From: Kiritimatiellia bacterium
Lineage (GTDB): Bacteria; Verrucomicrobiota; Kiritimatiellia; CAIKKV01
DNA length: 64,000 nt
Direction of reading: 5' to 3'
Assembly: GCA_044346855.1 (NCBI GenBank)
Contig: JBIIYJ010000002.1
Location: 1,089-65,088, forward strand
The notes under the pieces are model-generated. The model was not told the DNA's origin, made no database searches, and saw only the letters and a list, made by a program, of their open reading frames with translations. Below are positions 23,562 to 32,385 of the stretch, in pieces. A program made the position numbers and the translations under genes. How positions within the stretch are numbered: the first letter of the stretch is position 1; every line of letters starts with the position of its first letter.

Positions 23562-24568
23562 GCTTTCCCCTTCGCCGGCTTGCCGTTGGCCATCACGGCC
23601 GGCAGCGTGGCCAGCAGCCGCTCCCGCACCAGTTTCAGATCCGCCCGCACCACGCCGCTCTCCATCGCCTGCCCCAGCCCGGCCAGGGCCAGGCCGACCG
23701 ACTGCGGAAAATCGATCCGCATCGGACGCACGCGGGGCAGGAAGGCGGACACCTTCTCACACAACCGGTTCCAGTACAAGTCGGAGTGCTGGATCACCCC
23801 GCCCATGCCGACCAGCGGAAGCGGCTCGCCTTCCGCCTTGGCCGACAGCACCAGCGACTCCAGCGTTTCCGCCAGCTCGTCGGCCGCCCCCTGCAGGATG
23901 CGCAGGGCCACCGCATCGCCCGCGCGCGCGACCTCATCCACCAGCCCGGCATACCCCGCCACCGCTGTGCGGTCGGGAAAGATGCGGACCCCTTCGTGAA
24001 TGATCAGCCCGTACAGGTCTTGACTCGTCGCCTTAAAGCCCATTTTTTTGATCACCGCCTCGTGAAGAGCCGTCCGGCGCCGCTCGTTCAGGGACGAGCG
24101 CATGGCCGCACGCAGGCCCTCGCGCCCGATCTGGTAGGCGCCGCCCCAGTCGCCCAGCAGCGGGCCGTAGCTGTCGGCATGCCGGCTGCAGTGCGTCATC
24201 GTCAGGTGCCCGAACGCGCCCGTCCCCGCCAGGGCAATAAGCGCCTGGGATTCGCCCGAGGCGGCCAGGGCCGACTCCGATTCCTTTGCATGCCACAGGA
24301 CCACCTGGTGGACCTTGAATTCGCCGAGAAATTGATAGGTGGCCGCGCCATTGCCGCCGATGAAATGCAGCGTGGCCTCGGGGTGGATGTGCTTCATGAC
24401 CGCCCGGATGGCCGCCAGGGCCGCCTGCGCGCTCCGGCCGCGGCCCCAGTCCCCAGCCGCCGAACGGTCGGGATAGATGGCCGCAAAAGCCAGCGCCTCC
24501 CCCTCCAGGCTCATCAGGAGCGCTTCGCATTTTGTCCCGCCGCCGTCGACGGCTAGTATCTGTTCCAT
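23558..24568 (-). CDS. BadF/BadG/BcrA/BcrD-type ATPase (N-acetylglucosamine-kinase-like sugar kinase)
   Basis: Start taken at MEQILAVDGGGTKCEALL (phosphate-1 motif DGGGTK). LIALAGTGAFG and LLGDWGGAYQIG are also present. The 30 upstream codons of the track ORF are translation of a repeat element. Confidence 0.8.
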   Translation of the reverse strand: MEQILAVDGGGTKCEALLMSLEGEALAFAAIYPDRSAAGDWGRGRSAQAALAAIRAVMKHIHPEATLHFIGGNGAATYQFLGEFKVHQVVLWHAKESESALAASGESQALIALAGTGAFGHLTMTHCSRHADSYGPLLGDWGGAYQIGREGLRAAMRSSLNERRRTALHEAVIKKMGFKATSQDLYGLIIHEGVRIFPDRTAVAGYAGLVDEVARAGDAVALRILQGAADELAETLESLVLSAKAEGEPLPLVGMGGVIQHSDLYWNRLCEKVSAFLPRVRPMRIDFPQSVGLALAGLGQAMESGVVRADLKLVRERLLATLPAVMANGKPAKGKA

Positions 24569-24620
24569 ACAACCTTTCAAAATCCAATCTCTCAAAATAG
24601 CCGGAAACACCCTCCCGTTC

Positions 24621-24650
24621 AAGACTTTCCACGGTGGAACACGGCGAACC
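24621..24650. repeat. Third copy of the CCACGGTGGAACACGGCGAAC element
   Basis: AAGACTTTCCACGGTGGAACACGGCGAACC is nearly identical to the reverse complement of 20238-20268. It lies about 55 nt upstream of the kinase start codon. Confidence 0.75.
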
Positions 24651-24801
24651 GGGCGCATCTGCCAGCGTCACAAACAGGTGGCCCGAGCCGTCCCCGGCGC
24701 GGGAAACGGCCCGGCGCATCCCGCAACCCAGGCGCATACCGCGGTCAGCGCCCGCGGCTACAGCAGACGCCTTTCGCAGACGCCAGGCCGGCAGACGCCG
24801 G

Positions 24802-25875
24802 TCAGCGCCTGGCCAGTTCCGCCGAGAGGTCCAGGTAGCGCTTCACCGCCTCGCCCGGGACGTTGTAGGGGATGTGGTTGCCGATGCACATCATGTAGCC
24901 GCCGGACATCCGCCCCGTCTCCACCATGGACTCCACCATCGCCCGGATCTCGGCCGGGTTGTTGCGCATCAGGACGCGGTTGTCGCCCTCTCCGGCGATG
25001 AAACAGTTTTCGTGCTTCCGGGCGATCGCCTTGTAGTTCGTGTACGGCTCGCTGATGATGCCCCGCGCCCCGCAGGCCATGACGTCGTCCGCGAAGGCGT
25101 CCACGCAGCCGTCCACCATGAAGATCACCTCTTTCCCGGCCTTCCGCAGGATGTCCCAGTACTCCTCGTAGCGCGGGAAGATGTGGCGGCGCATCCAGGC
25201 CGGGCTGCAGACCGGCCCGCTGGTCAGCACGATGTCGTCATGGCAGACCACGAAATTCACGGGCAGCCGCGCGAAGGCCCGGAACACCCGGCGGTTGATC
25301 TCCGCGAACTCATCCATGATCCGGTCGAACTCCGGCTCGAGGCAGAGCTCGAGGAAATGCTCGTACCCGAACGTCAGCATCGGCCACATGAACATCGTGT
25401 TGTAGAACCCGGTGGAGGCGGACGAACCGGCCGGCGCCCGGTCCCCCCACTCCGCCGGATAGTGCTTGCGGTAGCGCTGGTAGATGATTTCCTCGCTGGC
25501 GTAATCGCCGTCCTCGACGACCCGCCAGCCCGTGAAGTCCGCCTGGGCCAGGGGGCTGAACCGCAGCATCGCCTCGCGCGACTGGAAGCGGTGCATCGCG
25601 TTTTCCTGCTGCCAGTGATCGCGGTGCGAATCGCCCCACCGCCCCTTGCTCTTGTCCGCCTGGTCGTCGGGCCGGACCTTGGGCTCGTCGGTGGCCGGCA
25701 CGCCCAGGCGCAATTGCGGAAATAGCTCCTTCATCTTCAGCCGGCAGAGCCGGGGATGCTGGTAGTAATCGATGCCGGTCAGGACCGTCTCGGCGTCGGG
25801 ATCGGACCAGTGCTCCCAGTGCACGATCTGCTTCGGCCCGCGCCCCATGTACGTGTCGAAAATCGGATCACTCAT
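24802..25875 (-). CDS. Uroporphyrinogen decarboxylase (URO-D)-like family protein, function unknown
   Basis: 357 aa. The C-terminal half VVCHDDIVLTSGPVCSPAWMRRHIFPRYEEYWDILRKAGKEVIFMVDGCVDAFADDVMACGARGI resembles the URO-D/MtaA-type TIM-barrel fold. The assignment is tentative. Confidence 0.7.
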   Translation of the reverse strand: MSDPIFDTYMGRGPKQIVHWEHWSDPDAETVLTGIDYYQHPRLCRLKMKELFPQLRLGVPATDEPKVRPDDQADKSKGRWGDSHRDHWQQENAMHRFQSREAMLRFSPLAQADFTGWRVVEDGDYASEEIIYQRYRKHYPAEWGDRAPAGSSASTGFYNTMFMWPMLTFGYEHFLELCLEPEFDRIMDEFAEINRRVFRAFARLPVNFVVCHDDIVLTSGPVCSPAWMRRHIFPRYEEYWDILRKAGKEVIFMVDGCVDAFADDVMACGARGIISEPYTNYKAIARKHENCFIAGEGDNRVLMRNNPAEIRAMVESMVETGRMSGGYMMCIGNHIPYNVPGEAVKRYLDLSAELARR

Positions 25876-26092
25876 CCCGTCCCCCCCCTCGCCTCGCTGG
25901 TTTTAACCGGTTTCGCAATAGGGAAAGCCTACCACACTCCGCGGCGGGATGACGAAAAAAATTGCGAGCGGCGGGCGCAACTATGGCGCGTGCGGTCCGG
26001 GTGGCACCGGACCCTCCACCGTTTACAGTCAAAACCCCGTGACGCCTTCGCGCTTTTCCGGTAGGATTCGGCGAGTCAATCAAGGAGCCGCC

Positions 26093-29000
26093 ATGCCTCA
26101 GGATTGGGACAACCCCCTCGTTTTCGAACGCAACCGCGAGACCATGCACGCCCCCCTGGGCGCCTGGGCCGACGCGGACACCGCCCGCACCGGCCGCCGC
26201 CTCGTCTCCCCCTACGTGCAGCTGCTCGACGGCAACTGGAAATTCAAGTGGTTCCCCACGCCCGAAGCGGCGCCCGCCGGGTGCGCGGACCCCGCCCTGC
26301 CCGACGCCGACTGGGGCACGATGCCCGTGCCCGGCAACTGGCAGCTCCACAACACCCCCGACAAGCCGATCTACACGAACGTCGTCTACCCCTTCACCCC
26401 CACCCCGCCCCATCCGCCCGCCGACAACCCCGCCGGCTTCTACCGCCGCACCTTCGTTATCCCACCCCCCTGGCGGGGCCGGCGGATCTACCTGGTGTTC
26501 GAGTCCGTGGACTCCGCCGCGAAAATCTGGGTCAACGGCCGGGAAGCCGGCTACAGCCAGGACAGCCGCCTCTGCGCCGAGTTCGACATCACGGACCTCG
26601 TCGGCGAAGGCGCCAACACCCTGGCCGTCCTCGTCCCCCGCTACTGCGACGGCACCTACCTGGAGGACCAGGACTACTGGCAGATGAGCGGCATCCAGCG
26701 CTCCGTCTACCTCTACGCCAAACCCGCGGCGCACCTGCGCGACTACGCCGTGGCCACCGCCTTCGACGCCGCCTACCGGGATGCCACGCTGACCGCCTAC
26801 GCCCACATGACCCCGCTGGACGACATGTCCGGCTACCGGGCCTCCTTCATGCTCTTCGACCCCGAGGGCCAGCCGCTTCTCGCGAAGCCGGTGCTGGGCG
26901 AATTCGCCGCCCACTCCTTCCGGCATATGGATGCCGACGGCATCCTGCGGGCCGGCAGCCGGGTGACCATCCCCGTCAAGGCCCCGCGCCAGTGGTCCGC
27001 TGAAACCCCGGTTCTCTACACGCTCGTCATCACCCTGCTCGACCCCGATGGGAAGGCCGTCGACTTCGAGCGCGCGACGGTCGGCTTCCGGCAGGTCGAA
27101 ATCCGGGACAGGCAGGTCCTGCTCAACGGCCGCCGGCTCGTCGTCCGCGGCGTGGACCGGCACGAGCACCACCCCGACCGCGGCCGCGCGCTGACCGAGG
27201 ACGACATGGTCCGCGACATCCTCCAGATGAAGCGGCTCAACTTCAACGCCGTCCGCACCTCCCACTACCCGAACGACGTCCGCTGGTACGAGCTCTGCGA
27301 CCGCTACGGGATCTACCTCGTCGACGAGGCGAACCTGGAAACGCACGGCCTGCAGGGCGACCTGTCCAACAACCCCGACTGGGCCTACGCCTACCTCGCC
27401 CGCGCCATCCGCATGGTCCTGCGCGACCGCAACCACCCGTCGATCCTCTTCTGGTCCCTCGGCAACGAATCCAACGTGGGCCCCAACCACGCCGCCATGG
27501 CCGCCTGGATCCGCTACCTCGACCCCACCCGGCCGGTCCAGTACGAAGGCTGCAACCCGGGCCCGGCCGTCTCCGACATCATGGCGCCCATGTACCCGCA
27601 CCTGGACTGGGTGCGCCAGGTGATGGCCGATCCGGCCGAGAAGCGGCCCATGATCCTGTGCGAATACGCCTTCGCCAAGGGCAACTGCTCGGGGAACTTC
27701 TTCAAATTCTGGGACATGGTCCGCGACTACAAGTCGTTCCAGGGCGGCTTCATCTGGGAATGGCACGACAAGGCTCTGAATTTCGACCTGCCCGACGGCC
27801 GGCGCGTGTGGGGCTACGGCGGCGACCTCGGCTGCGGCTTCGACTACACGATCAGCCGGGAACACCCCAGCCAGGTGATCGACGGCCTGATGGCCGCGGA
27901 TCTCACCCCGCACCCGGGCGCCTGGGAAGTCAAGAACGTCCAGGCGCCGATCGCGTTCGCCGCCTCGGAGGCGGACGCCCTGGCCGGCACGGTCCGCGTG
28001 CTGAACCGCCACCAGTTCATCGACCTGAGCCGCTTCACCGTGGCCTGGGAACTCCTCGAGGACGGCCGCATCCTGGCAAGCGGCCAGCTCGGCCTGCCCC
28101 CCGTGGAGCCGGGCGCCGACGTGAAGCTGGCGCTGGGGTTCGCGCGGCCAGAACCGGCGCCCGGCGCCGAATACGCCCTGAACGTCCGCGCCCTCCTCGC
28201 CGCCGACCAGCCGTGGGCCCCCCGCGGCCACGTCATCGCCTGGGCCCAATTCCCCCTGCCCCTCCGGAAGGCCGCGGTGGCGCTTGCCCCGGCCGGCTCC
28301 GTGTCGGTGGCCGCCGCAGGCGATCGCCTCACGGCGTCCGCCGCCGGCGTGACGGTGGAGTTCGACAAGGCCGCGGGCCGCTGCGTGTCGTTCAAGGTCG
28401 AGGGCCGCGAGCGCCTCGTGTCGGGCCCCCTCGAGACCGTGCGCCGGGCGCCGACGGACAACGATTTCATGCTCGGCAACCCGACCTCGTACGCGGCCGA
28501 CTGGAAGCGCCAGGGCCTGGACAAGCCCCTGAACCGCCGGATCCTGGCGGTCGACTCGGCCGCCGCCGGCGGGCTGCTCTGGTTCCGGGTGGAAACGGAA
28601 CTCACGGGCTCGACGCCGGAGGCGCGGATCCTGGGCTCGCTGGAATACCGGTTCCGGGCGGACGGCTCCCTGGAAGTGGCCGAGCGGCTCGACGTGGCCG
28701 CGGCCATCCCCCACGTGGCGCGGATCGGCGTGGAACTGGCCGTGGCTCCGGAGCTGGAGCGGGCGCAGTGGTTCGGCCGGGGGCCCTTCGAGAACTACCC
28801 CGACCGCCAGACGGCGGCCGTGCCCGGGCGGTACGAGTCGAACGTCGCCGACTTTTTCGAAAAAGGGTACATGTGCCCCGGCGAGTGCGGCGGCCGCGGG
28901 GAGGTGCGGTGGCTGGCGCTGCGGGACGGCGCGGGCGCGGGGCTCCTGGTCAGGGGCGCGCCGCTCTTCCGGTTCAGCGCCCTGCATGTCACGGTGGACG

Positions 29001-29212
29001 ACCTGATGGCGGCGGACCACGTCTGGAAGGTGACGCCGCGGCCCGAGATCTGGCTCCACCTGGACCACCGCCACATGGGCGTGGGCGGGGACACGGGCTG
29101 GTCGCGCAACGTGCATCCGGAATACATGGTCGGGCCGGGAACCTACGAGTGGTCGTTCGTCCTCCGCCCCCTGCGGGCAGGCCAGGATCCGGCCGCGGTT
29201 GCGCGGTTGTAG
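26093..29212 (+). CDS. lacZ: Beta-galactosidase, glycoside hydrolase family 2
   Basis: ATG at 26093, with an AAGGAG RBS at 26082-26087. DWDNPLVFERNRE, LDGNWKFKW, GVDRHEHHP, VRTSHYPN, NHPSILFWSLGNES, ILCEYAFAKGN and a C-terminal GH2 small-chain-like region are present. About 1,039 aa. Confidence 0.9.
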   Translation: MPQDWDNPLVFERNRETMHAPLGAWADADTARTGRRLVSPYVQLLDGNWKFKWFPTPEAAPAGCADPALPDADWGTMPVPGNWQLHNTPDKPIYTNVVYPFTPTPPHPPADNPAGFYRRTFVIPPPWRGRRIYLVFESVDSAAKIWVNGREAGYSQDSRLCAEFDITDLVGEGANTLAVLVPRYCDGTYLEDQDYWQMSGIQRSVYLYAKPAAHLRDYAVATAFDAAYRDATLTAYAHMTPLDDMSGYRASFMLFDPEGQPLLAKPVLGEFAAHSFRHMDADGILRAGSRVTIPVKAPRQWSAETPVLYTLVITLLDPDGKAVDFERATVGFRQVEIRDRQVLLNGRRLVVRGVDRHEHHPDRGRALTEDDMVRDILQMKRLNFNAVRTSHYPNDVRWYELCDRYGIYLVDEANLETHGLQGDLSNNPDWAYAYLARAIRMVLRDRNHPSILFWSLGNESNVGPNHAAMAAWIRYLDPTRPVQYEGCNPGPAVSDIMAPMYPHLDWVRQVMADPAEKRPMILCEYAFAKGNCSGNFFKFWDMVRDYKSFQGGFIWEWHDKALNFDLPDGRRVWGYGGDLGCGFDYTISREHPSQVIDGLMAADLTPHPGAWEVKNVQAPIAFAASEADALAGTVRVLNRHQFIDLSRFTVAWELLEDGRILASGQLGLPPVEPGADVKLALGFARPEPAPGAEYALNVRALLAADQPWAPRGHVIAWAQFPLPLRKAAVALAPAGSVSVAAAGDRLTASAAGVTVEFDKAAGRCVSFKVEGRERLVSGPLETVRRAPTDNDFMLGNPTSYAADWKRQGLDKPLNRRILAVDSAAAGGLLWFRVETELTGSTPEARILGSLEYRFRADGSLEVAERLDVAAAIPHVARIGVELAVAPELERAQWFGRGPFENYPDRQTAAVPGRYESNVADFFEKGYMCPGECGGRGEVRWLALRDGAGAGLLVRGAPLFRFSALHVTVDDLMAADHVWKVTPRPEIWLHLDHRHMGVGGDTGWSRNVHPEYMVGPGTYEWSFVLRPLRAGQDPAAVARL

Positions 29213-29333
29213 ACGCGGGCTCTTCATCAAAAGCGCACGTCCTTTGCGCCTTTGAAACGAACGGTTTCAGGCGCCCTCCGATGGCCCCGCCTCCCCTTCG
29301 AAGGTAGGATGGCGGGGTCAAAAGGAGACAACC

Positions 29334-29672
29334 ATGCGCCAGCTCTCCCTCCGCTGCATCGAAGCCTGCAACCGCTGCGCCTCCGAATGCGATCGCTGCG
29401 CCACCTCATGCCTGCAGGAAGAGGACATCAAGATGATGGCGCGCTGCATCGCGCTGGACCAGCAGTGCGCCCTCCTCTGCCGGACAACTGCTGCGTTCAT
29501 GGCGCAGGGCTCGGACTTCGCCCAGGATCTCTGCCGGGTCTGCGAAGACGTATGCCGGGCCTGCGGCGAGGAATGCCGCATGCACGAGGTTGAGGCGTGC
29601 CAGCGCTGCGCCGACGCCTGCGAACGCTGCGCCAGCGAATGCGAAAAGCTGGCCGCCGCCTCGGTCGCCTGA
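29334..29672 (+). CDS. Cys-rich four-helix-bundle copper-binding / copper-storage-like protein (DUF326-type)
   Basis: 112 aa with 19 Cys arranged in repeated CxxC/CxxxC motifs (CIEACNRCASECDRCATSC...CRVCEDVCRACGEEC...CQRCADACERCASEC). An AAAGGAG RBS is present. Confidence 0.85.
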   Translation: MRQLSLRCIEACNRCASECDRCATSCLQEEDIKMMARCIALDQQCALLCRTTAAFMAQGSDFAQDLCRVCEDVCRACGEECRMHEVEACQRCADACERCASECEKLAAASVA

Positions 29673-29753
29673 CCGGGGGATGGCTCCCCTTTCACGCGGA
29701 GACACGGACTTCGGTTCGTTCTCCGCGTCTTTTTTTTGCCGGGAGAGCCCCTC

Positions 29754-30662
29754 TCACCCGACAAACCAGCGGATCTCGTTCCGCATCGGCAGGTCCTCGA
29801 ACGCCAGGGTGTAGGGGTCGCAGCGCCGGTAGACGTTCCGCCCGTCCGTCCGCAGCACCAGCCAGCCGAAATCCCACCCCCGGCTCCGGTAGCGCAGGGG
29901 CGCGCCTGGCGCCACGCGGATCATCGGATGTGTCCCCGCAATGAACAGCTTCTGCTCGCGGTAGTAATAGCAGGACCCGACCTCCACGAACAAGTCATGC
30001 CTCGGGGCGCCCGCCTCGCCGCCCAGCCCGGCGCACACGCCCGCGATGCCGGCCTTGACGGAACAGCCGCCCGCGAACGCCTCGGCCAGCGCCGCCACCG
30101 AGCCGGACAGGACCCCGCCGTCCGCGTCATGGTGCAGGACCGGCTCCCAGCGGTCGCGGAGGAAATACCTGAAGAACCCGAAATCGTAGATGAAATTGTG
30201 GCTGGGCGCGTTCGTCCCCTGGTCCCAGCTGTCCAGCACATGATACTTCGGCATGTTCGCGGGCGGCTGGTCGGGCGAACGGCCGATGGCGCCGGAGGCG
30301 GGCAGCCCGTCCAGGTGGGGCCGGGCAATCGACTGCGAGCCGTCCTGGTTGTAGAGGAAGAACGACAGGGAGGGGCGCGCGCCGAAACCGGTCGGCAGCT
30401 CGACCGGCTGGCGCAGGCTCATGATGCCCGCGGACCAGCGGTCCTCGACCAGGTAGGTCACGCCGAATTCCGCCACCTCGAGAATGGGCTCCGGATTGGA
30501 GGACGCCACGTCGATATGCTCGTTGTGGATGAACTCCGTGCCGATCCTCAGGTCCGCCCCCCGGCGGATCCCGTCCGCCAGCGCGGCCGCGCTCCCTTTG
30601 GCAATGCGGCGGTCGGAGGCCAGCTCAAGAACGCAGGTCCATTGATTCATGACGCGCACCAT
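29754..30662 (-). CDS. Hypothetical protein, abuts the upstream URO-D-like gene with no intergenic gap
   Basis: 302 aa with non-shadow composition (W/Y/F/D-rich). The start abuts the stop of 30663..31691. No family recognised. Confidence 0.6.
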   Translation of the reverse strand: MVRVMNQWTCVLELASDRRIAKGSAAALADGIRRGADLRIGTEFIHNEHIDVASSNPEPILEVAEFGVTYLVEDRWSAGIMSLRQPVELPTGFGARPSLSFFLYNQDGSQSIARPHLDGLPASGAIGRSPDQPPANMPKYHVLDSWDQGTNAPSHNFIYDFGFFRYFLRDRWEPVLHHDADGGVLSGSVAALAEAFAGGCSVKAGIAGVCAGLGGEAGAPRHDLFVEVGSCYYYREQKLFIAGTHPMIRVAPGAPLRYRSRGWDFGWLVLRTDGRNVYRRCDPYTLAFEDLPMRNEIRWFVG

Positions 30663-31691
30663 TCACCTCTCCAGCGCTGCCTGCGCCATGGCCTCCAGGT
30701 TCCGGGGCGGCACATTGGGCAGAAGGGCCTCGTGGCTGGGGCTAACGATCAGCCGCGGTCCCAGCAGCCGCTTCAGCCGCCGGACCTCCGCCCGCACCTC
30801 CTCCGCCGTCCCGTGCACCATCAGTTCCTGGGTGTCTACGCCGCCCATGAAGGAGATCCGACCCTTGAAATCGCGGGCCAGAGTTTCGGCATCCATATCG
30901 GCCGCCCTGGCCTGGAGCGGATGGAGCCCGTCGACCCCGGCGTCGATGAGCCGGCCGATCACCTTGTGAATCGCACCGCAGGAATGAAGAATGGCCTGGT
31001 AGCCGTGCGCGTGAGCCTGTTGCGTGAAACGCTCGAACCAGGGGAGAATAAACTGGTCGAACTGCGCCGGCCCGCAGATCAGGTCGAGCTGCGTCCCGAA
31101 ATCGTTTCCGAAAAAATAGCCGTCCACGAGGCTGCCGGCCTTCTTGAAAAAACGCTCGTTCGCTTCGAAGTAAAAGCCGCACACCCGGTCCGTCACGCCC
31201 TGCACCACCTCCGGATGGGTATACATTTTCACCATGTAATTCTCCATCCCGAACAGGTCCATGACATTGTGGTAAAAGCACGTCCAGAACCCGCTGGCCC
31301 GGTAAAAATCGCCCGCCCGGCCCAGCGCCTCCAGGCACTGGTCGAATTTCAGGCAATCGGGATCCGGCCAGGGAAACCCGTCCAGCTCGCGCACGTCCTC
31401 GCAATCCGCCAGCGGCCCGGACTGGCCGTGGCTTTTCTTCTCCAGCCCGGCGGTGAACATCCCCCGGCCCTGGGGGTCGCGGTAGGCGTCGGAAAAAAAT
31501 TGGGGACAGATCCAGCGGACGTCGTCCTTCAGCTTCAGCCTCAGTTCCTCCTCGGATTTTGTCCCGAAATACGAATGAAGCCCCGGCCAGCTGTCAGGGT
31601 GGGGATTGCCCAGCCACAACCCGCAGCGGTCCGCGGGTTTCCCGGCGATAATGGAACGGATCCGTTCGCGACTGTTCATGCCCTGCATCAT
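30663..31691 (-). CDS. Uroporphyrinogen decarboxylase (URO-D)-like family protein
   Basis: 342 aa. MNSRERIRSIIAGKPADR, GYQAILHSCGAIHKVIGRLIDAGVDGLHPLQ and PRLIVSPSHEALLPNVPPRNLEAM are typical URO-D/MtbA-like features. Confidence 0.8.
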   Translation of the reverse strand: MMQGMNSRERIRSIIAGKPADRCGLWLGNPHPDSWPGLHSYFGTKSEEELRLKLKDDVRWICPQFFSDAYRDPQGRGMFTAGLEKKSHGQSGPLADCEDVRELDGFPWPDPDCLKFDQCLEALGRAGDFYRASGFWTCFYHNVMDLFGMENYMVKMYTHPEVVQGVTDRVCGFYFEANERFFKKAGSLVDGYFFGNDFGTQLDLICGPAQFDQFILPWFERFTQQAHAHGYQAILHSCGAIHKVIGRLIDAGVDGLHPLQARAADMDAETLARDFKGRISFMGGVDTQELMVHGTAEEVRAEVRRLKRLLGPRLIVSPSHEALLPNVPPRNLEAMAQAALER

Positions 31692-31852
31692 ACAGGAAGA
31701 CTGGAACGATGGGAATGGAAGAAAAATGTCCCGTAATCGCAGTCGTGATCGTGATCATGATCGACCACGCACGCGCGTTGACGCTTCGATCGCGATCCCG
31801 ATTACGACCACGACAACGATTGACTCGGTTTGTCCCCAACCTCGATGGACGC

Positions 31853-32338
31853 TTACTTCTCGGCGGACGGGGCAAGCAGATAAATGGGAACATCCCCCGG
31901 CTTGATGCTGTTCGAGCCCCCGCCGGGCGAGGTCCGGATATACGTGGGCGGCTGGCCGGGGGCAATGACGGTGGCGCCGCCCCCCGGGGAGGGCCGCACA
32001 TAAATCGGCAGCTCGCCCGGCCGGGTGATCGTGGAGCCGCCTCCGGGGCTGGGCCGCACATAGGTCGGCAGCTCGCCCGGCCGGGTGATCGTGGAGCCGC
32101 CCCCGGGGCTGGGCCGCACATAGGTCGGCAGCTCGCCGGGCTTGCTGATCGTGGCGCCGCCGCCGGGCGAGGGCCGGACATACGTGGGGGGCTGACCGGG
32201 GGTTGTGATGGTGAGCCCGCCGCCCGGGGAAGGCCGGACATAGGTCGGAAGCTCGCCCGGCTTTTGAACGGTGTACGTTTGGGCCAGCCCCGGCAGCGCC
32301 AGGGCGAGGCCCATGATCAGCATGATGGCGAACCTCAT
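31853..32338 (-). CDS. Secreted tandem-repeat protein (about 6.75 x 20-aa PGELPTYVRPSPGGGSTITR units)
   Basis: 161 aa. Signal peptide MRFAIMLIMGLALALPGLAQT, then in-frame 20-aa repeats. Confidence 0.75.
   Translation of the reverse strand: MRFAIMLIMGLALALPGLAQTYTVQKPGELPTYVRPSPGGGLTITTPGQPPTYVRPSPGGGATISKPGELPTYVRPSPGGGSTITRPGELPTYVRPSPGGGSTITRPGELPIYVRPSPGGGATVIAPGQPPTYIRTSPGGGSNSIKPGDVPIYLLAPSAEK
31880..32270 (-). repeat. 60-bp tandem repeat array (coding)
   Basis: Because the listing has 60 nt per line, lines 31921, 31981, 32041, 32101, 32161 and 32221 align column by column. Lines 32041 and 32101 are nearly identical. Confidence 0.85.
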
Positions 32339-32385
32339 CCCACCATCCCGCCTTTCCGCTTTACGCTAACCCCGGGGCGGAGGCT

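Noticed and set aside
25868-29230. 1,120-aa ORF on the minus strand
   Set aside because: It is antisense to the clearly recognisable GH2 beta-galactosidase. The translation is Arg/Gly/Pro/Ala/His-rich with no motifs, which marks a classic high-GC shadow ORF.
29736-31736. 666-aa plus-strand ORF
   Set aside because: It is antisense to two coherent minus-strand genes (29754-30662 and the URO-D-like 30663-31691). It is Arg/Pro/Gly-rich with no motifs.
31606-31905. Small plus-strand ORF with an RSRDRDHDRPR stretch in the gap between 31691 and 31853
   Set aside because: It overlaps the 5' end of the URO-D-like gene and the 3' end of the repeat-protein gene on the opposite strand. It is low complexity with no RBS.
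31880-32270. Possible CRISPR array, given the regular 60-bp periodicity
   Set aside because: There are no unique spacers. The units are contiguous, in frame, and encode a 20-aa peptide repeat behind a signal peptide. No cas genes are present in the window.
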